From assembly GCA_900547725.1 (NCBI GenBank), contig URHR01000002.1, positions 3,294 through 67,293 of the forward strand: 64,000 nucleotides of DNA. Direction: 5' to 3'. Positions 43,421 through 52,339 of the stretch are shown here, in pieces. Source of the stretch: an uncultured Eubacteriales bacterium (GTDB lineage Bacteria; Bacillota; Clostridia; Oscillospirales; CAG-272). A model generated the notes under the pieces. That model was given only the letters and a program-made list of their open reading frames with translations. It had not been told where the DNA came from and did not search any database. Positions within the stretch are counted from its first letter, which is position 1; every line of letters begins with the position of its first letter. Made by a program: the position numbers and the translations under genes.

Positions 43421-43903
43421 ATGTTCAAGCTCATCGAAGAAATGTTCACAGGAACCAACCTTGCCATCCTCGGCGCCGTTCTCGCAACGGTTCTGCCCGG
43501 CATCGGCTCGGCGCGCGGCGTCAACCTCGTTGCAAGAGCAACCGCAGGACTCATCAGCGAAGAACCCAACAAGTACGGTAAATCCATGCTGCTTCAGGCG
43601 CTGCCGATGACGCAGGGCATTTACGGAATGGTCACCTCGTTCATGATTCTGGTTCAGTCCGGCATCATGGGGAACAAGGCGATCGAACTCACGGTCGGTC
43701 GCGGCGCGTACTTCCTCGTTGCGGCTCTGCCGATTGCGTTCGGCGGTCTGTATTCCGCAATCCGTCAGGGCGAGGTCGCCGCTTCGGGTATCTCGGTACT
43801 GGCAAAGAAGCCCGACGCTGTCGGTAAAGCGGTTATTTCCGCGTCGTTCGTCGAGCTTTACGCAATTCTTGCCCTGCTGATCTCCCTGCTGATGATCCTG
43901 TAA
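43421..43903 (+). CDS. ntpK: V-type ATP synthase subunit K (16-kDa proteolipid)
   Basis: 160 aa, four TM helices (duplicated c-subunit). PMTQGIYG, RQGEVAASG and VELYAIL motifs. Confidence 0.93.
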   Translation: MFKLIEEMFTGTNLAILGAVLATVLPGIGSARGVNLVARATAGLISEEPNKYGKSMLLQALPMTQGIYGMVTSFMILVQSGIMGNKAIELTVGRGAYFLVAALPIAFGGLYSAIRQGEVAASGISVLAKKPDAVGKAVISASFVELYAILALLISLLMIL

Positions 43904-43948
43904 GCCGCAAGGCAGGATCGATCATCAAACGGAAAAGGAGACGGAACG

Positions 43949-44641
43949 GTGGCAACGAACGGAGTCAATCGGATAACCGATAAAATTCTTGCCGACGCGC
44001 AGGCGCGGGCGGACAAAATTCTTGCCGACGCGCAGGCGGAGTGCGACAAAATCAGCGCCGATTACAATGCCCGTGCACAACAGATCCGGGATAAACTTTC
44101 GGACGACGCGCAGGCAAAAGGCACCGACCTCATCGCGCGGGCGAAGGCTGCGGCGGCAATGAAAAAACGGAACATCCTGCAGGCGCAGGAAAGTCAGCTG
44201 ATCGACGGCGTTTTCGACGGCGCGAAGGAGTGGATTCTGGGACTTCCCAAAGAGAAGTATGTTGACCTGCTTGCGGGACTGCTGTCGGCGGCGCTGATCG
44301 AACAGGCGGACACCGAGGCGCAGAATCTGGCGACCTACGGAGAGGAGAGCGAACCGATCGAACAGTTCGAGGTGCTCCTCAACAAAAAAGACCGCGAGGG
44401 ATGCGGGAAGGAACTGTTGGAGAGCGTGAAAAAGCGCTATGCCAACAGCTCGCGCCTGCCTGCGGGAAGGACGGACAAATTGGTTCTGTCCAAAAACACA
44501 TTGAATATTGAAGGCGGCGTGGTTCTGCGCTACGGCGACGTGGAGTCCAACTGCTCGTTTGAAATGCTTTTCGGGCAACTCCACCGCGAGTTGGAAGCAG
44601 AGGTCGCACAGGCGCTGTTTGATGTCAGAAGCGCGCTTTAA
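43949..44641 (+). CDS. ntpE: V-type ATP synthase subunit E
   Basis: N-terminal coiled coil (ILADAQA repeats), globular C-terminus, correct operon position. GTG start. Confidence 0.85.
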   Translation: MATNGVNRITDKILADAQARADKILADAQAECDKISADYNARAQQIRDKLSDDAQAKGTDLIARAKAAAAMKKRNILQAQESQLIDGVFDGAKEWILGLPKEKYVDLLAGLLSAALIEQADTEAQNLATYGEESEPIEQFEVLLNKKDREGCGKELLESVKKRYANSSRLPAGRTDKLVLSKNTLNIEGGVVLRYGDVESNCSFEMLFGQLHRELEAEVAQALFDVRSAL

Positions 44642-44652
44642 GGAGGTCGGCA

Positions 44653-45651
44653 ATGGATAACAATTATCTGTATGCCGGCGCCAGAATCCGCGTACTGGAA
44701 AACGCACTGGTCGGGCAGGAGCGGTTGGAAAAACTGCTTGCCTGCGAGAGCGTTGACGCCTGCGCGGCGCTTCTGGACGAATGGAATTTCGGAATTGTCC
44801 GGAATCCGGAGACGGGAGTCTTTGACCGCGAGGCAACGCTGACGGCGCGGCTTTCGGACGGCTACCGCGAGGTACTCTCCTCGGCGGACGGCGTTGCGTT
44901 CGCGAAGATCTGGCTGTTGCCGTATGACTGCAACAATATCAAATCGGCAATCAAATGTCTGCGGCGCGGATTGGACTGCGACAGGATGCTAATCCGCCTC
45001 TGTGGCGGAATTCCGACCGAAACCGTTCGCAAAGCCGTGGAGAAACGGGAATTCGGGCTGTTGCCCGAGCCGTTTGCCACTGCCGCGCGTGACGCCTGCG
45101 GACAGCTGGAGCGCACGGGTGACCCGCGCGTGGTGGACAGCGTGCTCGACCGCGCCTGCTATGCGGGAATGCTTGCGCTTGCGAAAGAGAGCGGCGTTCC
45201 GCTTGCGGAAAAACTGGTTGTGCGGAGAATCGACCTGACCAACGCCATGATTGCGCTGAGAGGCTGCAGAATGGGCGGCGAGGTCGGACGGCGGACGCTT
45301 GGGGAGTTCTTCCTCCCGGGCGGCACGGTCGGAGAAACCGATCTGGCTGCGTGGAGCGAGGCAGGGGAGGAAACGCTTCTTTCCCGTCTGCATCACACCG
45401 ACTGCGAGCGCTTTGCCAAACGGGCGGCGGAAACCGACGGAACTGCGGCGGCATTGGAGCGCGCCGCCGACGACGAGCTGATGGAGGTTGCGCGCGAGGC
45501 GAAAATGGTTTCGTTCGGCGCGGAAATCCTTGTCGGATATCTCATCGCGCGGGAGTACGAGGTCAAGAACCTGCGCATTCTTCTGGCAGGCAAGAGCGTG
45601 GGGCTTACGACCGATGCCCTGCGGGAAAGGATGCGGCTGAGCTATGTATAA
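44653..45651 (+). CDS. ntpC: V-type ATP synthase subunit C (d-type)
   Basis: 332-aa helical protein. YAGARIRVLE start and C-terminal EVKNLRILL are typical of the family. Confidence 0.88.
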   Translation: MDNNYLYAGARIRVLENALVGQERLEKLLACESVDACAALLDEWNFGIVRNPETGVFDREATLTARLSDGYREVLSSADGVAFAKIWLLPYDCNNIKSAIKCLRRGLDCDRMLIRLCGGIPTETVRKAVEKREFGLLPEPFATAARDACGQLERTGDPRVVDSVLDRACYAGMLALAKESGVPLAEKLVVRRIDLTNAMIALRGCRMGGEVGRRTLGEFFLPGGTVGETDLAAWSEAGEETLLSRLHHTDCERFAKRAAETDGTAAALERAADDELMEVAREAKMVSFGAEILVGYLIAREYEVKNLRILLAGKSVGLTTDALRERMRLSYV

Positions 45652-45970
45652 GATCGGAATTATCGGACGGCGGGACGCGGTGCAGGGCTTTATGGCGCTC
45701 GGTTTTGCGGTTCGTGAGGCGGACAGTACTGCCGACGCCGCAAGAGAACTGCACGCAATGGCGAAATCGCAGGAGTACGGCGTGATTTTCATCACCGAGA
45801 ATTTTGCGACAGAACTGGAAGAGGAAATGGCGAAATACCGCGATTTGCCGATTCCCGCAATCGTGTCGATTCCCGGGCAGGAAGGCTCGATGGGATACGG
45901 CATGAACAACCTGCGCCGCGCGGTGGAGCGTGCGGTCGGCGCGGACATTCTTTTCAAGGACACCAATTAA
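45644..45970 (+). CDS. ntpF: V-type ATP synthase subunit F
   Basis: 108 aa. MYKIGIIGRRDAVQGFMALGF...GVIFITE pattern. Overlaps the subunit C stop. Confidence 0.88.
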   Translation: MYKIGIIGRRDAVQGFMALGFAVREADSTADAARELHAMAKSQEYGVIFITENFATELEEEMAKYRDLPIPAIVSIPGQEGSMGYGMNNLRRAVERAVGADILFKDTN

Positions 45971-45991
45971 CGGAAAGGAATCGTAACCGGA

Positions 45992-47767
45992 ATGGTAGAA
46001 GGAAAAATCAGAAAGGTATCAGGACCGCTGGTCATTGCCGAGGGAATGCGCGAAGCGGATCTGTTCGACGTGGTTCGGGTCGGTCCGAAGAAGCTGATCG
46101 GCGAGATCATCGAAATGCACGGCGACCGTGCCTCGATTCAGGTATATGAGGAAACGGCCGGGCTCGGAAGAGGCGACAAGGTGGTTTCCACGGGCGCGCC
46201 GCTGTCGGTAGAGCTCGGACCGGGGCTTCTGACCAATATTTTCGATGGGATTCAGCGCCCGCTTGAAGCAATGCGGGAAAAGGTTGGTTCGAATCTGGTC
46301 AGGGGACTGGATGAGCCTGCGCTGGATCGTGAAAAAGTCTGGCATTTTGAAGCCGCAAAGGGCTTCGGCGAAGAGGTCGGAGCGGGGGATATCCTCGGAA
46401 CGGTGCAGGAAAACGACGTGATTCTGCATAAGATCATGGTTCCGCCGAAGATGAGCGGCACACTGGTCGAGTTGCGCACGGGGGATTACCGTATCACCGA
46501 CAGCATCGGGCGCATCAAGCTCCCGAACGGCACAATGGAGGATCTGACCCTGATGCAGAAGTGGCCCGTCCGTGTGTCGAGACCTTACCGGAAGAAGCTG
46601 CCGCCCGTTGATCCGATGATTACGGGTCAGCGCCCCATCGACGCGCTGTTCCCGATTGCAAAGGGCGGAACGGCGTGCGTCCCGGGACCTTTCGGCTCGG
46701 GTAAGACGGTTGTACAGCATCAGCTTGCAAAATGGAGCGACGTGGATCTTGTGGTCTATATCGGCTGCGGTGAGCGCGGAAACGAAATGACCGACGTTCT
46801 GCGCGAATTTCCCGAACTGGTTGACCCCAAAACGGGAAAATCGCTGATGGAGCGCACGGTGCTGATTGCGAACACCTCGGATATGCCGGTTGCGGCGCGC
46901 GAGGCTTCGATTTATACGGGCATCACGATTGCGGAGTATTTCCGCGATATGGGCTACTCGGTTGCGGTCATTGCCGATTCGACTTCCCGTTGGGCGGAAG
47001 CGCTCCGCGAAATGTCGGGACGTCTGGAGGAAATGCCCGGTGAAGAGGGCTATCCCGCATACCTGACCTCCCGCCTTGCGCAGTTCTATGAGCGCGCGGG
47101 CAAGGTGGTCTGCCTCGGCGGAGACAACCGCGAAGGCGCGCTTTCGGCAATCGGCGCGGTATCTCCGCAGGGCGGCGATATCTCCGAGCCTGTCACGCAG
47201 GCAACGCTGCGTATCGTCAAGGTTTTCTGGGGACTGGATTCGTCTCTGGCATACCGTCGGCATTTCCCCGCAATCAACTGGCTGAACTCCTATTCGCTTT
47301 ACCGCGACCGCCTGTCCGACTGGTTCTCGGAACATATTTCCAAGGACTGGAACAACCTGACGGGGCGTTGCCTGAAGGTGTTGCAGGAGGAATCCGACCT
47401 GCAGGAAATTGTCAAGCTGGTCGGTATGGACGCGCTGTCGCCCGAGGATCGCATCAAGCTGGACGTGGCGCAGTCGATCCGTGAGGACTTCCTCCAGCAG
47501 AATGCATTTCTGGATGTGGACAGCTATACCTCGCTTGAGAAGCAGTATGCCATGATGCATCTGATCTTCCGCTACAACGACGAGGCGCTGCGCGCGGTCA
47601 GAGCGGGGGCGGATGTCGAGGCGGTTTGTGAGATGCCCGTACACGAGCGAATCGCGAGAGCCAAGACCGTGCCCGAATCCGACTACAAAGAGGAATTTGC
47701 GAAAATCGAGCAGGAGATCGCCTCTGCGGTGGATCGCCTCATCGAGCAGGCGCGCGAGGAGGAGTAA
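45992..47767 (+). CDS. ntpA: V-type ATP synthase catalytic subunit A
   Basis: Walker [10 protein letters not shown], non-homologous insert region, 591 aa. Confidence 0.97.
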   Translation: MVEGKIRKVSGPLVIAEGMREADLFDVVRVGPKKLIGEIIEMHGDRASIQVYEETAGLGRGDKVVSTGAPLSVELGPGLLTNIFDGIQRPLEAMREKVGSNLVRGLDEPALDREKVWHFEAAKGFGEEVGAGDILGTVQENDVILHKIMVPPKMSGTLVELRTGDYRITDSIGRIKLPNGTMEDLTLMQKWPVRVSRPYRKKLPPVDPMITGQRPIDALFPIAKGGTACVPGPFGSGKTVVQHQLAKWSDVDLVVYIGCGERGNEMTDVLREFPELVDPKTGKSLMERTVLIANTSDMPVAAREASIYTGITIAEYFRDMGYSVAVIADSTSRWAEALREMSGRLEEMPGEEGYPAYLTSRLAQFYERAGKVVCLGGDNREGALSAIGAVSPQGGDISEPVTQATLRIVKVFWGLDSSLAYRRHFPAINWLNSYSLYRDRLSDWFSEHISKDWNNLTGRCLKVLQEESDLQEIVKLVGMDALSPEDRIKLDVAQSIREDFLQQNAFLDVDSYTSLEKQYAMMHLIFRYNDEALRAVRAGADVEAVCEMPVHERIARAKTVPESDYKEEFAKIEQEIASAVDRLIEQAREEE

Positions 47768-47770
47768 GAC

Positions 47771-49159
47771 ATGATTCGTGAATACAGAACCATCGAAGAG
47801 GTTGCCGGACCGCTGATGCTGGTGCGTCAGGTCGAAGGCGTGAAATACGACGAACTGGGCGAGATCGAACTGCCCGACGGCGAAGTCCGCCGCTGCCGCG
47901 TGTTGGAAGTGGACGGAAAGAACGTGCTGGTTCAGTTGTTTGAATCGGCGGCAGGCATCAACCTCGCAAACAGCAAGGTTCGTTTTTCGGGACACGGCGT
48001 GGAACTGCCCGTGTCGAAGAATATGCTCGGTCGTATCTTCAACGGTATGGGCGAGCCGATCGACGGCGGTGCGCGCATCATTCCCGAAAAGAGTCTTGAT
48101 ATCAACGGCACGCCGATCAACCCTGCGGCGCGTTACTATCCCTCCGAGTTCATTCAGACGGGCGTTTCCAGTATCGACGGACTGAACACCCTGGTTCGCG
48201 GTCAGAAACTGCCGATTTTCTCGGGGTCGGGACTTCCGCACGCAAACCTTGCCGCGCAGATTGCAAGACAGGCGAAGGTGCGCGGGACGGACGAAAAGTT
48301 TGCGGTTGTGTTTGCCGCAATCGGTATCACTTTTGAGGAAGCCGACTTCTTCATTTCGGACTTCCGCAAAACCGGCGCGCTGGATCGCACGGTGCTGTTC
48401 ATCAACCTTGCGTCGGACGCCGCGATCGAGCGTATCAACACCCCGCGTATGGCGCTGACCGCCGCGGAATATTTGGCGTTCGACTGCAATATGCACGTTC
48501 TGGTCATTATGACCGATATCACCAACTATGCCGAGGCTCTGCGTGAGGTTTCCGCCGCGCGCAAGGAAGTTCCCGGGCGGCGCGGTTACCCCGGCTACCT
48601 GTACACCGACCTTGCAACGCTCTATGAGCGCGCGGGGCGGAAAATGGGATCTGACGGCTCCATTACCATGATTCCGATTCTGTCGATGCCCGAGGATGAC
48701 AAGACCCACCCGATTCCCGACCTGACGGGGTATATCACCGAGGGTCAGATCATTCTGTCGCGCGAGCTTTACCGCAAGGGATGCCTGCCGCCCGTGGACG
48801 TTCTGCCGTCGCTGTCCCGTCTGAAAGACAAGGGAATCGGCGCAGGCAAGACCCGCGAGGATCACGCCGACACGATGAACCAGCTTTTCTCCGCCTATGC
48901 GAGAGGCAAGGAAGCAAGAGAGCTGATGGTGGTGCTCGGCGAGGCGGCGCTTTCTCCCGTCGACCGTCTGTATGCGAAATTTGCGGACGCGTTCGAGGCG
49001 GAGTATATCAATCAGGGCTTCTATGAGAACCGCTCCATTGAGGAAACGCTGGATCTTGGTTGGAAGTTGCTTTCCATCCTGCCGCGCGGCGAGATGAAGC
49101 GGATCAAGCCCGCGCTGTTGGATAAGTATTGGCAGAAGCAGGAAAAGACCGAAAACTAA
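47771..49159 (+). CDS. ntpB: V-type ATP synthase subunit B
   Basis: 462 aa with strong family pattern ([40 protein letters not shown]). Confidence 0.97.
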   Translation: MIREYRTIEEVAGPLMLVRQVEGVKYDELGEIELPDGEVRRCRVLEVDGKNVLVQLFESAAGINLANSKVRFSGHGVELPVSKNMLGRIFNGMGEPIDGGARIIPEKSLDINGTPINPAARYYPSEFIQTGVSSIDGLNTLVRGQKLPIFSGSGLPHANLAAQIARQAKVRGTDEKFAVVFAAIGITFEEADFFISDFRKTGALDRTVLFINLASDAAIERINTPRMALTAAEYLAFDCNMHVLVIMTDITNYAEALREVSAARKEVPGRRGYPGYLYTDLATLYERAGRKMGSDGSITMIPILSMPEDDKTHPIPDLTGYITEGQIILSRELYRKGCLPPVDVLPSLSRLKDKGIGAGKTREDHADTMNQLFSAYARGKEARELMVVLGEAALSPVDRLYAKFADAFEAEYINQGFYENRSIEETLDLGWKLLSILPRGEMKRIKPALLDKYWQKQEKTEN

Positions 49160-49177
49160 AGCGGGAGGAACAGCGGA

Positions 49178-49921
49178 ATGGCAGGCGTACAAGTCAACCC
49201 GACCAGAATGGAAATGAAGCGGTATCAAGCCCGCTATCAGACCGCACGTCGGGGACATAAACTGCTCAAGGACAAACGCGATGAGCTGATGCGCCGCTTT
49301 ATGGATGTCGTCAGAGAGGATAAGGCGTTGCGGGAAAAGGTGGAAAAATCGCTCGCAACGGTTTACGGCGGCTTTACGGTCGCGGGCGCGGTCAACCCGC
49401 CGCAGATGTTGGAGGAGGCGCTGATCTGCCCCAAAAAAGAGGGAACGCTCGATGTCTCCTTCCACAACTGCATGAGCGTGGATGTTCCCGTTTTCCGGTT
49501 GCAGGTCTATGCCGAGGGCAATACCGACAGCTACAATTACGGTATGGCGTTCACCACAGGCGAGTTGGACGCGTCGGTGCAGGCGCTGAACGGGATTCTG
49601 GAGGATCTGCTCCGAATGGCGGAATTGGAAAAGACCGCACAGCTTCTTGCGGAAGAGATCGAGCGCACCCGCAGACGGGTCAATGCGCTTGAGTATATTC
49701 TGATGCCGCAATATCTGGAGGTCATTCGCACCATCCGGATGCGCTTGGACGAAAACGAGCGCGGAAACACCACGCGGCTGATGAAGGTCAAGGACATGAT
49801 GCTGGAAGCACAGCTTGCAAGACCCGAGGATGAGGACGACGAGGACGACGAGGACGAAGCGGAAGCAGATGCAGAAGCAGAAGTCCGGGCGGATGCGGCG
49901 GATACGAGCGGAAATGCATAA
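49178..49921 (+). CDS. ntpD: V-type ATP synthase subunit D (central stalk), with acidic C-terminal tail
   Basis: VNPTRMEMKRYQARYQTARRGHKLLKDKRDEL and RRVNALEYILMP. Ends in EDEDDEDDEDEAEADAEAE. Confidence 0.93.
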   Translation: MAGVQVNPTRMEMKRYQARYQTARRGHKLLKDKRDELMRRFMDVVREDKALREKVEKSLATVYGGFTVAGAVNPPQMLEEALICPKKEGTLDVSFHNCMSVDVPVFRLQVYAEGNTDSYNYGMAFTTGELDASVQALNGILEDLLRMAELEKTAQLLAEEIERTRRRVNALEYILMPQYLEVIRTIRMRLDENERGNTTRLMKVKDMMLEAQLARPEDEDDEDDEDEAEADAEAEVRADAADTSGNA

Positions 49922-49940
49922 CGCATCAATAATTAGAACA

Positions 49941-49975
49941 AAATCCCTTTTGCGCAACGCGCAAAAGGGATTTTT
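49941..49975 (+). terminator. Intrinsic terminator of the V-ATPase operon
   Basis: AAATCCCTTTTGCGC / GCGCAAAAGGGATTT hairpin running into TTTTT. Confidence 0.88.
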
Positions 49976-50107
49976 ATGTGCAAAACGTAAATAAATATAG
50001 AAAATATGCAGATTCGCACCCCGTTTTGGCAAAAAATATGGTATAATATACAAGAAGGTGATGGGATTCCGAATTTCTCATGACAGGAAAAGAAAGGGGT
50101 TGTGACG

Positions 50108-50623
50108 ATGTTTGCAGTCGGTGAGTATGTCTATTACGCTTCGGAGGGGGTCTGCCACGTTGCGGATATCTGCTGCGCGCCCCTGTGCGGGATGCCTGCG
50201 GACAGGATTTACTATGTGCTCCACCCGTTCCGCAACAACGGCGGGGTGCTGTATGTGCCAACCGACAGCGAGAACGTTTTTCTGCGCCGCCTGCTGACGG
50301 CAGAGGAGGCGAACCGTCTGCTGAACGAGATTCCCGCAATGGAGGCGTTCGAAGAACCGAATGCAAAGGCGTTGCGCCTGCGGTATACCGAAGCCATGCA
50401 TACCCACACGCCCTCCGAATGGGTGCGGGTCATCAAAACCGTGCGCGAACGGGTCAGCCGCATACGCGGCAGTTCGCGGGCACAGCGTATCTCGGAAACC
50501 GAACGCGGCTTTGCCGAGGACGCAAAGCGGTATCTCTACGCCGAGCTGTCGTTGGCTCTCGATGTTCCCGTCGGCGAGATGGAACAGTATATCCGCAACC
50601 GTATTGAAATCTGCTCTGCCTGA
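50108..50623 (+). CDS. CarD/CdnL/TRCF-domain family protein
   Basis: N-terminal FAVGEYVYYASEGVCHVADI...YYVLHP...LYVPTD matches the CarD_CdnL_TRCF RNAP-interacting domain pattern. Confidence 0.75.
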   Translation: MFAVGEYVYYASEGVCHVADICCAPLCGMPADRIYYVLHPFRNNGGVLYVPTDSENVFLRRLLTAEEANRLLNEIPAMEAFEEPNAKALRLRYTEAMHTHTPSEWVRVIKTVRERVSRIRGSSRAQRISETERGFAEDAKRYLYAELSLALDVPVGEMEQYIRNRIEICSA

Positions 50624-50635
50624 CAAATGTCAAAA

Positions 50636-50656
50636 GCCCACCGCGTGGGCTTTTTT
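50636..50656 (+). terminator. Intrinsic terminator after the CarD-like gene
   Basis: GCCCAC-CGC-GTGGGC followed by T6. Confidence 0.8.
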
Positions 50657-50677
50657 GTATGAAATCATCAAATCAGG

Positions 50678-50706
50678 TTGACAAAACGGTTGTAATATGC
50701 TATAAT
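50678..50706 (+). promoter_or_regulatory. Consensus sigma-A promoter of the HprK-like/PqqD/S24 operon
   Basis: TTGACA at 50678-50683, 17-nt spacer, extended -10 TGcTATAAT ending at 50706. Confidence 0.75.
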
Positions 50707-50742
50707 AGAACAGAAATCAACAGAACGGAGCAAACCACGTCT

Positions 50743-51447
50743 ATGTTTATTATCCGCCTTGCCGAGATCCGTATCCGGATCGAGAACCGATATGCGTTTA
50801 TTGAGCGGCAGTGCGCCGGTTACATCTGCCCGGGGGACGAGTATGCTTTTTCCGTCTCGGCGAGCGAGGAGGAATTGCAGGAGGAGCAGAAGAACGGCGA
50901 TTTTTCCGCCGCCTATTGCGAAAGCATCTGTCTCTACCGTCATATCTGCGAGACTTTGCCGAACTACAATGTGTTTCTGATGCACGCCTCAATCATTGAG
51001 GCGGACGGAAACGCCTACGCCTTTACCGCTAAGAGCGGGGTCGGGAAATCCACCCATACGGCGCTGTGGCTGAAAAATATTCCGAATGCACGGGTTCTCA
51101 ACGGAGACAAGCCGTTGCTTCGCGTGGAGACGGACGGCTCGGTGACGGCGTTCGGGACTCCGTGGAACGGGAAGGAAAACTGGGGCGAGAATATCTCCGC
51201 TCCGCTCCGCGCCATCTGCTTTATCGAGCGCGGAGAGGTCAATTCCATCCGGCGGGCAACGCAGGAGGACGCGATCGGGCGGTTGGTTCACCAACTTTAC
51301 CTGCGCGGAACGCGGGCGTCGGTCAACAAACAGCTGACGCTGATGGACGCATTGGTGCGGGCAGTGCCGTTCTGGGTTCTTTCCTGCACGATTTCCGACG
51401 AGGCGGCAAAGGTCGCCTATGAAGCCATGAAATATAACGGTCAGTGA
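50743..51447 (+). CDS. HPr-kinase-like P-loop protein (HprK C-terminal domain-related)
   Basis: 234 aa from ATG 50743. FTAKSGVGKSTHTALWL...VLNGDKPLL parallels the HprK/P P-loop region GxSGxGKSxxALxL...LxxDD. Confidence 0.6.
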   Translation: MFIIRLAEIRIRIENRYAFIERQCAGYICPGDEYAFSVSASEEELQEEQKNGDFSAAYCESICLYRHICETLPNYNVFLMHASIIEADGNAYAFTAKSGVGKSTHTALWLKNIPNARVLNGDKPLLRVETDGSVTAFGTPWNGKENWGENISAPLRAICFIERGEVNSIRRATQEDAIGRLVHQLYLRGTRASVNKQLTLMDALVRAVPFWVLSCTISDEAAKVAYEAMKYNGQ

Positions 51448-51464
51448 CCGAAAAGGAGAAGCAT

Positions 51465-51731
51465 ATGCGAATCAAAAAGGATTTTACCATTCAGAAGGTC
51501 GGCGATTCCTACATTGCCGTGGCAGTCGGGGAGACGAGCAAGACCTTTCACGGGATGGTGCGGCTGAACGAAACCGGCGCGTTTCTGTGGAAGAAGCTGA
51601 GCGAGGCGGATATTACGCTTGACGAATTGGTGGACGCCATGCTGAAAGAATACGAGGTAGACCGCGAGACTGCGGCACAGGACGCGGCACGTCTGGTGGA
51701 GCAGTTCCGCGAGAACGGAATTCTCGAATGA
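51465..51731 (+). CDS. PqqD family protein (RiPP recognition element-type peptide chaperone)
   Basis: 88 aa with an AGGAG RBS 6 nt upstream. LNETGAFLWKKLSEADITLDELVDAMLKEYEVDRETAAQDAARLVEQFRENGIL is a textbook PqqD/RRE pattern. Confidence 0.8.
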   Translation: MRIKKDFTIQKVGDSYIAVAVGETSKTFHGMVRLNETGAFLWKKLSEADITLDELVDAMLKEYEVDRETAAQDAARLVEQFRENGILE

Positions 51732-52198
51732 CGGAAACCGCAGAGTCGAACGGCAATATCGAGCGGCAGCTTGCCGAGCAGGGCTTTTATGTCAGCACAA
51801 CGGTCGGGTGCAGTATGCGCCCCATGCTCCGCAACCGCCGGGATCGCGTGATCGTCCTGCCCATCGGGGACGAACGGCTGAAAAAATACGACCTGCCGCT
51901 CTACCGCCGCCCCGACGGGAAATATATCCTGCACCGGATCATCGGCGTGCGGGACGGGGAATATGTGATAAGAGGGGACAATACCTATGCAAAGGAATAC
52001 GTCCCCGACGCGTGGGTGCTGGGCTATGTCACGGAGTTCTACCGCGGGAAACGGCACGTCCTGTCATCGGCACGGTCTTACCGTTTCTATGCGCGCGTGT
52101 GGAATCTGATCTATCCCGTGCGGCGCGTCTTTCATGCGGGACGATCTTTCGCCGCCCGCGTGTGGCACAAACTCAAACCCAAAAAGCACTCCGTATAA
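51728..52198 (+). CDS. S24/S26-family serine peptidase-like protein (LexA/signal-peptidase fold)
   Basis: GCSMRPML nucleophile motif, HRIIGV...VIRGDN block, ATGA overlap with the PqqD gene. No N-terminal TM anchor. Confidence 0.7.
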   Translation: MTETAESNGNIERQLAEQGFYVSTTVGCSMRPMLRNRRDRVIVLPIGDERLKKYDLPLYRRPDGKYILHRIIGVRDGEYVIRGDNTYAKEYVPDAWVLGYVTEFYRGKRHVLSSARSYRFYARVWNLIYPVRRVFHAGRSFAARVWHKLKPKKHSV

Positions 52199-52236
52199 AA
52201 TTAGTACAATTAAATCGGCAACCCCGATACCCCTTA

Positions 52237-52326
52237 TAGGAAAGTTCTTGCGGTCAAGGGGCTTCTTTCAAGAAGCCCCTTGTGGGGTTCGGGGCAAAGC
52301 CCCGAGGTCTTAGCCCCGAGGTCTTA
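52237..52326. repeat. REP-like double-hairpin intergenic element, copy C, with terminal 14-bp tandem duplication
   Basis: GGAAAGTTCTTGCGG..GGGGCTTCTTTCAAGAAGCCCC..GGTTCGGGGCAAAGCCCCGAGGTCTTA. GCCCCGAGGTCTTA is present twice in tandem (52299-52312, 52313-52326). Confidence 0.75.
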
Positions 52327-52339
52327 AAAGGAGGAAAAC

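Noticed and set aside
49800-49921. Acidic EDEDDEDDEDEAEADAEAE tail of V-ATPase subunit D considered as a separate feature or frameshift product
   Set aside because: It is in frame with the conserved D-subunit body and ends at a normal stop followed by a strong terminator. It is most simply a lineage-specific low-complexity tail.
46019-50053. 1344-aa uninterrupted ORF on the minus strand spanning the V-ATPase A, B and D genes
   Set aside because: It is antisense to three genes with unmistakable conserved motifs. Its product is Arg/His/Gln-rich low-complexity sequence with no motif or RBS. Long stop-free antisense frames are expected at this GC content and codon bias.
51728-52198. Idea that the S24/S26-like peptidase is a dedicated SipW-type signal peptidase for the downstream secreted-protein locus
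   Set aside because: It has no TM anchor. It is coupled to a PqqD gene in a separate promoter-to-REP-element unit, and deoD plus the locus promoter and riboswitch separate it from the secreted-protein genes. The small proteins also have ordinary AxA-type SPase I sites.
52299-52326. Tandem GCCCCGAGGTCTTA repeat considered as a possible CRISPR or short tandem array
   Set aside because: There are only two 14-bp units with no spacers, and they form the terminal part of a REP-like element. No cas genes are in the window.
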